A stretch of 63,005 bases of DNA, counting the filler, from Bdellovibrionales bacterium RIFOXYD12_FULL_39_22 (lineage in GTDB: Bacteria > Bdellovibrionota > Bacteriovoracia > Bacteriovoracales > Bacteriovoracaceae), in the NCBI GenBank assembly GCA_001770205.1. It is 8 parts of 8 records of this genome, joined end to end, with 100 filler letters (N's around TTAATTAATTAA, not from the genome) between each part and the next. Parts side by side here need not be neighbours in the genome. Positions count along the whole stretch, not along the records: positions 1 to 8,419 come from MEQL01000014.1; positions 8,520 to 20,386 come from MEQL01000016.1; 6 more parts are not named here. One strand, 5' to 3'. The notes beneath the pieces are model-generated. The model was given only the letters and a program-made list of their open reading frames with translations, had not been told where the DNA came from and ran no database searches. The first letter of the stretch is position 1, and every line of letters begins with the position of its first letter. Of the stretch, positions 1 through 9,440 are shown piece after piece. A program made the position numbers and the translations under genes.

Positions 1-113
1 GGAAGGAAAATAATAATGTTAAGAAATAAATGAAATATGGATAAAATTACCTATAATATATGTTAGTTCTTAGCATAATATGTTACTCAACATAACTTAC
101 GTAGCTTCCAATT

Positions 114-356
114 CTATGCTGCATTATTGAAATCCTCCTGCTCGTCTTTGCGAGGACGGCCACGAGTCATTCCTAGGATGATCATTTTAGCAATTATCTC
201 CTGTACTTCATCTTTACGTTTTTGGAATTCAGACATACTTTCATAGGACGGAATCAATTCAACCTCTATCTTTTTAGGAGCACGATTAGCTCCTCGTGGT
301 GATTTATTTTTTGCCACCATAAGTCTCCATATTTGGTATTTATTTTCGTTTTGCAT
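114..356 (-). CDS. Small basic hypothetical protein of the mobile element (AT-hook-like RGRPRK; possible excisionase/regulator)
   Basis: 80-aa ORF overlapping the upstream HTH gene; C-terminal RGRPRK. Confidence 0.5.
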   Translation of the reverse strand: MQNENKYQIWRLMVAKNKSPRGANRAPKKIEVELIPSYESMSEFQKRKDEVQEIIAKMIILGMTRGRPRKDEQEDFNNAA

Positions 357-567
357 GTTTTCTCATCATAGAAATAAGTTCATTTGCTTTTGAAATTGGG
401 AGGGTCTGAAGAGTTTTTAGGACAATCCCTAGCAGCTTGCTTGGATTTCTAATTCCAAGTTCGATGTTCGAAACACTTGTATAGTTGGACAGTCCAAAGG
501 TCTCCGCAAATTCAATACGACTAAGTCCTAGTTCATCTCTTATTTTTCTAACCTCTTCACCCTTCAT
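340..567 (-). CDS. XRE-family helix-turn-helix protein
   Basis: IRDELGLSRIEFAETFGL...VSNIELGIRNP pattern; GGAG RBS. Confidence 0.85.
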   Translation of the reverse strand: MKGEEVRKIRDELGLSRIEFAETFGLSNYTSVSNIELGIRNPSKLLGIVLKTLQTLPISKANELISMMRKHAKRK

Positions 568-580
568 TTTTCATTGCTCC

Positions 581-1075
581 TTAATTGCTTTCAATTGCAT
601 CATTGCAGTAGTCGTTTGTCAAGGCCTTTTTGACCTTCTTTTTTGGCGTTTCGTCTAATATCATTTGTTTTTGCAATAAGCTTTTAAATTCACTTGGAAC
701 TTTCCCGCTCTCTTTGGCCTGCCGCAAAATCGATTCCAGAACCGCCACCTCATCAAAATATTCCATTCTAATCTCTTGAACCCCCGCATCTGTTAACGCC
801 TCCCTAAATTTAATCAGTATCCAATTCGCTACTTGCATTCTATTTACTTTCCCCCCAATAAACCCATTATTAACCTTATCCATTACAAACACCAACGCCA
901 TATCCGCATTCTTATTCAGCGCTACTCTATACAATCCCTGATCCTTACTCTCATTCTTAATCCCTCTCTCTTCTCTCTCTCCCTCACTACTCCTCACCTT
1001 ACTACTACCTAATTCCTCATTCCCAATCTTACTATCACTACCTATTCCTACTTCTTTAACTTTCATATCATTCAT
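581..1075 (-). CDS. Hypothetical protein with low-complexity N-terminus encoded by a C-free coding strand
   Basis: ORF 581..1120; ATG at 1075 follows AAGGAG. Confidence 0.6.
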   Translation of the reverse strand: MNDMKVKEVGIGSDSKIGNEELGSSKVRSSEGEREERGIKNESKDQGLYRVALNKNADMALVFVMDKVNNGFIGGKVNRMQVANWILIKFREALTDAGVQEIRMEYFDEVAVLESILRQAKESGKVPSEFKSLLQKQMILDETPKKKVKKALTNDYCNDAIESN

Positions 1076-1095
1076 ACTTTTTACTCCTTTTCCTA

Positions 1096-1197
1096 CCGCC
1101 GCCCCTGCCTTCCTTCTCATTTGTGACCACTTCCTCTCAACATCGTTGGGGGGGAGTGGTCACAAATAAAGATAGGATGGCGAACAAAGGGCGGCGG
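1096..1197. other. Nested inverted repeats/cruciform, candidate oriT or double-strand origin
   Basis: 13-bp arms ATTTGTGACCACT 1119-1131 / 1155-1167 with inner stem; outer CCGCCGCCC 1096-1104 / GGGCGGCGG 1189-1197; next to the Replic_Relax-type gene. Confidence 0.45.
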
Positions 1198-1307
1198 CGG
1201 AAATAGTTCTACCTTTTTAACCTCTTATCGATGATTCTCATAAATTTATTTCAAAAATAATTATCCTCCTCAGAGGAAGATATAGAGGAATATAAATAGG
1301 AAGATAA

Positions 1308-2081
1308 TTATGCTGCCAATTTCTGAGAATTGTTTTTACAAAGATCTACCAATTTAACGACTCCATTTCGAAGAGTAATTGGTGCTGACTCAGGATTCTC
1401 TTTCCACGCAGTCCCATCTACAAAACCAATCCTATTCTCAAGATTTGGCCTTTGCATTTCATTTAAAGTCTTTTTTATCGCCGCTTTAATACCATCTGTT
1501 TCGCAAATATAAAGTATCAGCGAAAACGACTGGAGTTGTGCATAGGCGAATAAAATCTCCCCATAACGAGAGAATGATTTCCTGACTCGTTCAAATTCAA
1601 AAGCAACTTGTCGATCACTTCCGGCCATCGAAATAATCGCAGTGGCATCTGGAAATTTAATCGCATTGTTTTTGACTCTAAGTCCAAGGCCACTAATATT
1701 ATCTTTTTTCAGTTCCGACTCACTTTGCCATTTGGATACAAATCCCATCTGGGATAACCTCAAAAGTGATTGCATAATGACTCGATCATGAGAAATTGTG
1801 TCAATCATTGGTGGCAAAACAAATCCTCTCCCGTTTTGTTCTAAAAGTTGTTGCCCTTTTATCCCTAAAACAAAAATGTCTTTCCCTGCGGCATTTTGGT
1901 GACTCATCAAATAATTATTCTTAATCAACTGAGACAACTGTTCTCTACCCCACCTTTGACTGCCCTTTGCAAAATATTGAGTCCAAGTTTGTCGACAAAT
2001 AAAACCTGTTTTTCCGACTAGAAAGATTGCTTCTATGGCAGCGTCCCCAAGTGGTCTGCCGGGAATATTTAAAAAGTTCAT
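1308..2081 (-). CDS. Replication-relaxation (Replic_Relax)-type protein: N-terminal wHTH plus PD-(D/E)xK-like domain
   Basis: ISHDR, KFPDA and VAFEFERVRKSFSRY motifs; last gene of the T4SS operon; ATGA overlap with upstream gene. Confidence 0.7.
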   Translation of the reverse strand: MNFLNIPGRPLGDAAIEAIFLVGKTGFICRQTWTQYFAKGSQRWGREQLSQLIKNNYLMSHQNAAGKDIFVLGIKGQQLLEQNGRGFVLPPMIDTISHDRVIMQSLLRLSQMGFVSKWQSESELKKDNISGLGLRVKNNAIKFPDATAIISMAGSDRQVAFEFERVRKSFSRYGEILFAYAQLQSFSLILYICETDGIKAAIKKTLNEMQRPNLENRIGFVDGTAWKENPESAPITLRNGVVKLVDLCKNNSQKLAA

Positions 2082-2503
2082 TCGCTTTCCTCCCATTTAG
2101 TTGGTTCAATAATCACATATTCAAAATGGCCTTCGATGTATCTGTTGCCGACAATTTGACTTTCAACCCAGCGAGCTTCTACTTTTGGTTTTTGCAAAGC
2201 TGGCATAGTCCCTGCCATTGGTGCAGATCTTTTTCCTGCGGCATAAGCCTCCTGCATTTTTTCTTCTGTGTTTTCGTGGATGATAGACCCGGCCATCATT
2301 CCGGCCATTCCACCAAGGGCAGTGCCAACGATTACATTTCGAGTTCGATATTGACCATTTTTTCCAGGATCAGCTATTCCACCCAAGACTGCGCCAGTGC
2401 CTGCTCCGATAGCACCGCCAAGGGCGGTGCTTCTTGTGCTTGTTGCGCAACCACCAAAAATTGCGGCAACAAGCACAACTAAAACTATAATATTCTTCTT
2501 CAT
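2078..2503 (-). CDS. Glycine-zipper lipoprotein of the T4SS operon
   Basis: Lipobox FGGC; GxxxG repeats; translationally coupled to both neighbours. Confidence 0.7.
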   Translation of the reverse strand: MKKNIIVLVVLVAAIFGGCATSTRSTALGGAIGAGTGAVLGGIADPGKNGQYRTRNVIVGTALGGMAGMMAGSIIHENTEEKMQEAYAAGKRSAPMAGTMPALQKPKVEARWVESQIVGNRYIEGHFEYVIIEPTKWEESE

Positions 2504-4149
2504 GAAACCTCCGAAAATTGAGATTGTTCATCTGCTATTTGAACTATTTCTCTGATCAAATCTTCACTAACCTTTTCTTTCTCTTCTGGATATGGATCAG
2601 AAATTTCTACTTTTATCCTTTGTTCTTTTTCCACTAATGGAAGTGGCAGTGCAGGTAGATCATCAAATATATCAAACTTAATTCTCGCTGTTTTGCTGCC
2701 ACCGTCATGCGGAATTATCATCAAAGCTTCGCCAACTCCCAGCTCACGCTTAAATACATTCGGGTGAACTAAGAACTCTTCAACATCTCTTGCCGATACA
2801 TCTCCCGTTTTTTCTTTAGTATTAAAAAATCCCCTCTTTTGCCGTTCAGTGAATTTTGTCGTCGACTTTGTCCCTATCGTTTTCGAAAGATATTCTGCCG
2901 AATCTGGATCATTACCGCGCATAAATATCTTCAAATTAGAGTTGGTCAAAATAGCATTTGCAACTGAATCACCGAGCTGAGTAATATCTCCCAAAGCTTG
3001 ATGAGCAAAAACGACTCCAACATTTGCACTTCTAGATTTATTTAATATCGAAACAAAACCTGGATACAAATACTCAGAAAAATCATCTAAGAAGACCCCA
3101 TAGAATTTCGGGTTACCTCCTTGCCCACGATGCCGATTGGCCACTGCCGCCTGCAAAGATTGCAATACTAACTTACCAGTTGCTTTCCCCAAAAAAGGAG
3201 AAAGCAGTACTGGTAGCTGAAAGTAAACAATCTGATTTTTATTCAGTGCTTCATCTATAGAGATCATCTTTTGCTCAGCATTAAACAGCTCACCAGTTTT
3301 TCCAAAAACAAAATGGCCAATGGCAGTTAGCAATCCACTTGTGCGTGACTCTCTTTCGGAAGGAGATAGATTATTAAACTTTTTCGCCCAAGTAATAAGT
3401 TGATCATCCTTTGTTTGCTTGGCCATTTTCTCTAATAAACCGAGATCATTTATTACCTGATGCAACTTTTCAAAGGTTGGAGTTATACTATTTTTCTCAA
3501 ATAGGCGCATAACCTGACTCATCACCTCATATTGCAAACTGCGATAGTAGGGATTTTCAAAATCAAATGCATTGAATACTCGCTCAGTAATCTCCTCCGG
3601 CGTACCTCCGATCAGCGGATTAAATGCCTCCGAAAATTGCGGATTGGATAAACTGAATAGTTTGAAGTCGGCCTCTCGATTATACTTCTTGGTATAGGCC
3701 CAAAGTTTATTCAGCAAAGATTTATCGGCCTTGCCATCAATTAGCAAAAGGCCGCGCCCATCTTTGATGTCTTGGATGGCCCAAGGTAAAATCACTGACT
3801 CGGTTTTTCCTGCGTTGGTTGTACCAATTACTTGCGTGTGCATAGCTCTCTGTTTGGGTTTAATAAATATCTGTTTCTTCTCCGAATCCTTCCCACAATA
3901 AACCGCTTCAGGGGCATCTGCTAAAATTGCACACTCCTTCATAGCTGCCGCTTTTTTTACTGCTAACTTCTCAATCACTTTTAATAATGCCAATAAACTA
4001 AGCGCAATTGAAATTGCTACGATCTTAAATTGATGATCAACAATGAATTGAAAGACTCGCGCATGATATTTTTGATAACCCATCCACGCAAAAAATATTC
4101 CCACCCAAACTAAAAGATGCATATCGTTACTTTGATTTTTAGAATCCAT
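2500..4149 (-). CDS. virD4: Type IV coupling protein (VirD4/TraD/TraG family)
   Basis: Two N-terminal TM segments, Walker A GTTNAGKT, IDGKAD, LDDF, KSRSA..HQ, GEA motif. Confidence 0.9.
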   Translation of the reverse strand: MDSKNQSNDMHLLVWVGIFFAWMGYQKYHARVFQFIVDHQFKIVAISIALSLLALLKVIEKLAVKKAAAMKECAILADAPEAVYCGKDSEKKQIFIKPKQRAMHTQVIGTTNAGKTESVILPWAIQDIKDGRGLLLIDGKADKSLLNKLWAYTKKYNREADFKLFSLSNPQFSEAFNPLIGGTPEEITERVFNAFDFENPYYRSLQYEVMSQVMRLFEKNSITPTFEKLHQVINDLGLLEKMAKQTKDDQLITWAKKFNNLSPSERESRTSGLLTAIGHFVFGKTGELFNAEQKMISIDEALNKNQIVYFQLPVLLSPFLGKATGKLVLQSLQAAVANRHRGQGGNPKFYGVFLDDFSEYLYPGFVSILNKSRSANVGVVFAHQALGDITQLGDSVANAILTNSNLKIFMRGNDPDSAEYLSKTIGTKSTTKFTERQKRGFFNTKEKTGDVSARDVEEFLVHPNVFKRELGVGEALMIIPHDGGSKTARIKFDIFDDLPALPLPLVEKEQRIKVEISDPYPEEKEKVSEDLIREIVQIADEQSQFSEVS

Positions 4150-5125
4150 TAACCGCTCCTGGGTCTTTAAAAATAAACCCCTGATTTAAAACTGCTTCGG
4201 CCATTGTACCTGCCGGAAGCTCGATCCATTTTTGTTCTTTTTTCATCTCCTCTCCAAATCCTTCAGCATAATCTTTGGCAGTTTCTGAAACTGCATTTTT
4301 CAAACCATTAGCATGTCCTCCACTACTGGCCCCCATTTGACCGCGAGTCATTGCGCCTTCTGCATAAGCGCCGACAAAGCGCGTAATTGTATGGCCCATC
4401 AAATTTTTCAGTATCTCCGAGTGAACATCTCCATCAATCCCAATCCTCCCATCAGCTCCTATACCGATGGCCGAAATGGTTCGCTCTCGCCCATTTGGGA
4501 AAATTATCGACTGAAAATTAATCTTGGCACGCTCATTAGAATCATCAAAACTAATCTCTCCATAAAGTTTTGCCCCCTCTGGGATAGCAACACTATTTTC
4601 ATAGATCGTATCCTTTACCACTACTCCAACTACTGGCATTGCATCCTTTGCGATCGTCATGGCCTCTGCAATTTTGAAGATGATCCGAGAACCCAGTGGA
4701 AGCTTCCCTTTAGCACTTGCCCCTTCTCTAGCTAAAATCATCGAAGTATTTCGGTCTCGATTAGAACCTTCACCGCCACTACCTCCTTGTGATTTTGCGC
4801 CTTCACCATAGGCCGTTAGCGGTTCGGCAACTGATCTTGAATAACCATTAGTCGATTGCAATTGTGCCAGAGTATCTTCGGTGGCCGTCAATCGCTCCGC
4901 TTTCTTTGGAATATCCTCAATAGTTGCCGTTTCATGAAAGTCTAGTTCATCTTTGGGTTTTTCTGGCAAAATTAGAACCACAACAACAAAAAGAAAAACG
5001 CAAAAACCAGCAACACTTCCAATACTTTTCCAATTGATCTCTTGTCTTGACGAAAATGGTTTAGGTGCTTTTAAGAAAAGTTTTTTACTCCGCTCACTTA
5101 AGCTTTCTTTTACTGTGTTTTCCAT
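4139..5125 (-). CDS. virB10: VirB10/TrbI-like T4SS core protein
   Basis: Single TM, low-complexity linker, AIPEGAKLYG...DGRIGIDG and IELPAG motifs. Confidence 0.75.
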   Translation of the reverse strand: MENTVKESLSERSKKLFLKAPKPFSSRQEINWKSIGSVAGFCVFLFVVVVLILPEKPKDELDFHETATIEDIPKKAERLTATEDTLAQLQSTNGYSRSVAEPLTAYGEGAKSQGGSGGEGSNRDRNTSMILAREGASAKGKLPLGSRIIFKIAEAMTIAKDAMPVVGVVVKDTIYENSVAIPEGAKLYGEISFDDSNERAKINFQSIIFPNGRERTISAIGIGADGRIGIDGDVHSEILKNLMGHTITRFVGAYAEGAMTRGQMGASSGGHANGLKNAVSETAKDYAEGFGEEMKKEQKWIELPAGTMAEAVLNQGFIFKDPGAVNGF

Positions 5126-5829
5126 GAAGACACCTTGGCAATGGTTAGATAAGAAATTGTTTTTCTCCTCAACTCAAAGCGCAAGTGTGCGTTCAAATCA
5201 ATATCCTCTTTTGCAAGTTGGATAACACCTTTAACAAATTCACCTTTTTTCATTGTTAGTGTTGAAAAAATCAATTTGTTAATTGGTTTGGTAACTCCTC
5301 CTTGTGTCAGCCAAATCCAGGATGGCACGATTGGCCCATTTTGTTTTGAGGAGATCAAAAACTCCACAAACAAAAACTCTCCGGATGTTTTACCAACTCT
5401 TGTCATTTCAAAAGTGACATCATCATTGGTTAGTTTTTTACTAACACTACTCCAAACAATCGCAGATCCATCTTGTCTTTTTTTCGGATTTTGTAGATAT
5501 ACAACATAATCCGCACTAACTTCTGCCCCGGTTATCAATTGAACATTGTACCTTTTCCATTCGGTATAGATGTAGAGATTACTTTTGGCCCCACCAATAA
5601 GGGGCTTAATGGTAATCGCGCGATCCAGATACTCGACCTTAAATGCACTCTGATCACCGACAACGACACTATTTGGAGAATCTGGCACCTGAATAATGGT
5701 GGCAATTCCAATAGCTGTTTTTACGGTAACGATTTGATCAGTTTGGACTTCGATATAACGAACACGATTCTCAAATGAATACGCAATTGATACAAAGAAG
5801 AACACAACACATAAAAGTATGTGTCTCAT
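5110..5829 (-). CDS. VirB9/TrbG-like T4SS core protein
   Basis: Signal peptide; TAIGIATIIQ..P..VVVGD..F, ITIKP, SNLYIYT..KRYN motifs; directly upstream of the VirB10-like gene. Confidence 0.7.
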   Translation of the reverse strand: MRHILLCVVFFFVSIAYSFENRVRYIEVQTDQIVTVKTAIGIATIIQVPDSPNSVVVGDQSAFKVEYLDRAITIKPLIGGAKSNLYIYTEWKRYNVQLITGAEVSADYVVYLQNPKKRQDGSAIVWSSVSKKLTNDDVTFEMTRVGKTSGEFLFVEFLISSKQNGPIVPSWIWLTQGGVTKPINKLIFSTLTMKKGEFVKGVIQLAKEDIDLNAHLRFELRRKTISYLTIAKVSSWKTQ

Positions 5830-5875
5830 AATACCTCCTTAGGGAATTGGAGTTTATTAGCTTTGTGAATACTTA

Positions 5876-6609
5876 TTAAATTATGCTTTGAATTTTCTCA
5901 AATAATGACTCTGGAGCTAGGGCAATCATCGCCGTCATCGTGGAACAATCTTGATTTTTTTTATACTTCGGTTAGATAATGATCTTCGACTATATTTTTC
6001 ATGAATCTCTTTTAAATCTTTTTCTAAACTAATTTTTTCATCCGAAGAAAGAAAAAAAATTCCGCCAAACAACACTCCCTGTTTCGAAGACTCTATTTTA
6101 GTAATAAGGTCAATTGTTAATTGAGTCTTTAATCTCTCAAGCGATGTGCCTACTGTACTGACCCGAGCAACGGTGCCGCCTGGAAAAACTATTTTATTCC
6201 CGGGCATGAGCTTAACTAAGGTCAAGTCATCCAACTTTTTTAAATATTTAAAAAGGACTTTGTCACTTAATCCTTTTTCACGTTGAATTTCCTGTGGTGT
6301 TTTTTGCTCATAAGCTAATTGCATATAAAAATTAAAATAGCTCAGATTATCAATTAAAAACTTGGCCTGCTGATCAGAAAACTTCTTAACATTAAGAGTA
6401 GATTCATCAGACATACGCAGAACATCTAGCAAAGAAACGCCTGCGGCATCGCAAATTTGCTTTGCTCGTTCCATCGATAGGTCTGCTCTATTTAGAATTT
6501 TTTTTATTCCGGCCTCACTAAGTTTTAGTGATTTGCCCAACTCTTTATAGGTAATTCCCGAAGATTTCAGAATTCCCTTTAATGTTTCTATAAATATTAC
6601 ACTGCTCAT
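5876..6609 (-). CDS. XRE-type HTH transcriptional regulator, apparently frameshifted near the C-terminus
   Basis: LKSSGITYKELGKSLKLSEAGIKKIL; ORF stops at 5935, but one extra base in the T8 run 5955-5962 extends it to 5876 (..MTAMIALAPESLFEKIQSII). Confidence 0.75.
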
Positions 6610-6746
6610 AATTTACTCCAGGTACAGATCATACAATTTAAGAACCCGTTTTGTATACCTTTAATTTATTTATTGCAATCTCAGGCTACTGAATGTATTC
6701 CAATCGCTTCAAAGTAAACAAGTTGACTAAAAGAGGAGAAGTCTTT

Positions 6747-7589
6747 ATGTGTTATAAAATGAACAATAGAATTCGCACATTATTATTAATCATAATCGTT
6801 TCGTTTAAAGCTCAGTCTGCTACTATAAAAATGGTAATCCATGAAGATCCTTCTATTGGTGCCGGGACCATCTGGTCATGGGCCAGTTTTGATAATCATT
6901 TTGATAAATGCTTAGTCGATACTGGCGCAAGAATCTCATTTGTAAAAAGAAGGAATTATCCAAACTATCCAGCTTTAGAGACAGGAGAACAAGGTGTTAT
7001 TTCGGGAACACCGATTCAATATGATCTTATTGAAATTCAAAAAATACAATCCGATGACTTTATTTCAACCAATCATATCGTCAGGGCAGTCAAAACTAAT
7101 GTTCCGTTCAATTGTTTACTCGGAAATGATTTATTCCTTGAACATTCACTACGTTTTGATTTTTCTCAAAACACAATTACAACTGATGCCATAATTAGCA
7201 AGAATTCTTTCCCTTTGATTCAATACGAGAATAAGTGGATTGGCTTTCCCGTTCAAATTAATGATATTGAATATGAAACTTTCTGGGATACTGGAGCTGG
7301 CATCACACTAGTAGACCCTGAAGTAATTAAGCAATCTCCTAATAACTATACCTACGTCAAAGACATTCCGTTTAACGATCCTTCTGGAAACCATGGCTCC
7401 GCTCCTGTTTATAAAATGAAGTCTCTTAAGTTTGGAAATTACGAGATAACTGATACTAATGTTGTTTCATACAGTACGGCCCAAATACAAAAAGAAGTAC
7501 CTGAAATTAAAATTGTAATTGGTTTCAATATCATCCGCCAGTTCAACTGGATAATTGATAACAAAAACATGCGATGGGCGATTGAATAA
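6747..7589 (+). CDS. Secreted two-domain retropepsin-like aspartyl protease
   Basis: Signal peptide; LVDTGA and FWDTGA catalytic motifs, each followed by LLG/VIG; AGGAG RBS. Confidence 0.85.
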   Translation: MCYKMNNRIRTLLLIIIVSFKAQSATIKMVIHEDPSIGAGTIWSWASFDNHFDKCLVDTGARISFVKRRNYPNYPALETGEQGVISGTPIQYDLIEIQKIQSDDFISTNHIVRAVKTNVPFNCLLGNDLFLEHSLRFDFSQNTITTDAIISKNSFPLIQYENKWIGFPVQINDIEYETFWDTGAGITLVDPEVIKQSPNNYTYVKDIPFNDPSGNHGSAPVYKMKSLKFGNYEITDTNVVSYSTAQIQKEVPEIKIVIGFNIIRQFNWIIDNKNMRWAIE

Positions 7590-7627
7590 TCAGTTCCAAA
7601 TACTGTTGATGCGCAAATATTCAAACG

Positions 7628-8212
7628 CTACTCTTCCTTCTCCTTCACAATATATACACCCCAAGGGTTTTCTATCGTTCTCTCTCCACTTTCAAACTGC
7701 AATAAAACTTTTAGCTCTCCCGCTGCTCGCAGACCCTGAATTGAACTTACTCGATCACCTGTAATAATTGCTGTACTATCTTTGAGATTAATCTCCATCT
7801 GGTTAACGTATGCCCGCTGAACCAACTCTTTTTCCAGAGCAAACTTCATTACCTCGCTCATAGCACCATCGAAGGCCTTACTACTTTTAGGCAGAATGAA
7901 ATTGGTCGTTGCATTTAGATTCTCCTTGATATTCTGTGGAGTCCAGTTGTAGCGATAGCGAATATAGGCATTGAGAGCTTCGCGTACCTGATCTTGAGCC
8001 GATGGTAGTTTTACTTGTTCCAAAACTTTAGAATCTGAATTAAATGCCAGTACCAACGATGGTTTGTTGCTTAGAACAAATGCAATTAGTAAGCTCAATA
8101 TCGCAATTCCAAGGGAGAAAAGCGAAAATGTTTTTAATAGTTGATTGGAGTGAGTCATATCTCCAACAACTTTGGGCCAGTTGGCCGATTTTAAAATAAT
8201 TTTTTGATCCAT
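7628..8212 (-). CDS. VirB8-like bitopic T4SS protein
   Basis: One TM then helical/NTF2-like domain ending ERTIENPWGVYI. Confidence 0.7.
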   Translation of the reverse strand: MDQKIILKSANWPKVVGDMTHSNQLLKTFSLFSLGIAILSLLIAFVLSNKPSLVLAFNSDSKVLEQVKLPSAQDQVREALNAYIRYRYNWTPQNIKENLNATTNFILPKSSKAFDGAMSEVMKFALEKELVQRAYVNQMEINLKDSTAIITGDRVSSIQGLRAAGELKVLLQFESGERTIENPWGVYIVKEKEE

Positions 8213-8234
8213 AATGTTTCCTTTTTTTAATTTT

Positions 8235-8340
8235 CTAAACTGTCTGTGCTTTTACTTTTTGATCTCATTAGTTTTTGTCGCATAAAGCTTTGCCCTGAAT
8301 TAATCGCCGATCTTGTTTTAGTTGACATCATTACTGTTTT
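8235..8340 (-). pseudogene. 3' remnant of the T4SS gene upstream of virB8, cut by an IS
   Basis: Open frame KTVMMSTKTRSA...AQTV* running from the IS end. Confidence 0.35.
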
Positions 8341-8419
8341 GTAAGGCTTTCACAGCAGTCAGTGATTTAGTCTGATTTATCTGCCATCCTTGAAAAATAG
8401 TTATCAAATAAGGAGGCAT
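8341..8419 (+). mobile_element. IS66-family-like left end (copy 1)
   Basis: Starts GTAAGGCTTTCACAG; identical to 20313-20386 and to 36182-36259 (rc); ends in AGGAGG-CAT at the contig break. Confidence 0.75.
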
Positions 8420-8519
8420 NNNNNNNNNNNNNNNNNNNNNNNNNNNNNNNNNNNNNNNNNNNNTTAATTAATTAANNNNNNNNNNNNNNNNNNNNNNNNN
8501 NNNNNNNNNNNNNNNNNNN
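8420..8519. other. Artificial contig linker
   Basis: N-run with TTAATTAATTAA; same 100-nt spacer at 20387-20486, 28544-28643, 36082-36181, 42985-43084, 51056-51155, 57073-57172. Confidence 0.98.
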
Positions 8520-8602
8520 TGGTTCTCGTCCTTGCGCCTTCTTAACTCCATTTTATTGGGTGGAAAAAAAATTGACAGTGCGGTAAAAATTTACACTTAC
8601 CC
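8520..8602. mobile_element. Possible IS end (IS256-like terminus)
   Basis: Contig starts with a segment ending AAAAATTTACACTTACCC; partner end not seen. Confidence 0.25.
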
Positions 8603-8751
8603 TATCGCTGCACTCAACTTTGCATTACACTGAGCTTATATAATAATGCGTGTCCAGAGGGAGACCACAGTCGCCTTAAGGACATGGGAATTAGTAATAT
8701 GAGTGCAATAACTCGTTAAGAGAAAGCCAGAATATTAAACAGGAGGATCAT

Positions 8752-9123
8752 ATGAAGAAAATAATTTTAAGTTTGTTTTTAGTAGCAAATATTGCAAGTG
8801 CGGCGAGCGTATCTGTATCGAGAACTTGCTTTGATGAGCTTCAAAAGAATAATCGTTTGCAAGCTCTATTTAGAACGATTGAACTTAATGTTGGAGAATA
8901 CTTAAAAGATAATTCAAAGGGATATTCAAGAAAGACTGGAGATATTTTGCTTAAGGCAGCCTGTGCTCCATATGAAGCGTTGGAAACAGGTGAAGAGTTT
9001 AATTTATGTGAAAACATTGAATCTAATGTTAAGGCCTTTCAACAAGATTCTTCAACGGGATACTCTCTTGATACCGCGATGTTGCTAGATAATATGGCCG
9101 GCAACAAATGTTTAATTCACTAG
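8752..9123 (+). CDS. Secreted hypothetical protein with four Cys
   Basis: AGGAGG RBS, Sec signal peptide, downstream terminator. Confidence 0.75.
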   Translation: MKKIILSLFLVANIASAASVSVSRTCFDELQKNNRLQALFRTIELNVGEYLKDNSKGYSRKTGDILLKAACAPYEALETGEEFNLCENIESNVKAFQQDSSTGYSLDTAMLLDNMAGNKCLIH

Positions 9124-9165
9124 ATTGATTATCATCTCTTGAATGAAAAGACTGAGAATTTATAG

Positions 9166-9193
9166 AAAGGGCCAAACTATGGCCCTTTTTTTT
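9166..9193 (+). terminator. Rho-independent terminator
   Basis: AAAGGGCC-7 nt loop-GGCCCTTT plus T-run. Confidence 0.8.
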
Positions 9194-9440
9194 ACTTGCG
9201 ATAAAACTCATGCATTAATGATCATATAGACAAATTTTTTTGCGAACTTAGCTCCGCGGAATGTCTCATGGAATTCAATGGTAACGTATTTTTTTTGACA
9301 CATTAAATGGAATGTCACTGAATCTAAGTTGCTCTCATCCAGCGGTATTCCATACAAAAAGTAGATAATAATTTGAACGCTATTTTAAAATCAGAAGTTA
9401 GGTATTATAATTTTAAAAAGAGAAATATGGATTTATAAAT

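Noticed and set aside
45..100. dif-like CATAA..TATGTTA motifs at the window start
   Set aside because: Spacing does not fit an 11-6-11 XerC/D site and the AT-rich context makes chance matches likely
8420..8519. Recurrent TTAATTAATTAA motif in N-runs, seven times
   Set aside because: Artificial stop-in-all-frames contig linker; adjacency across it has no biological meaning
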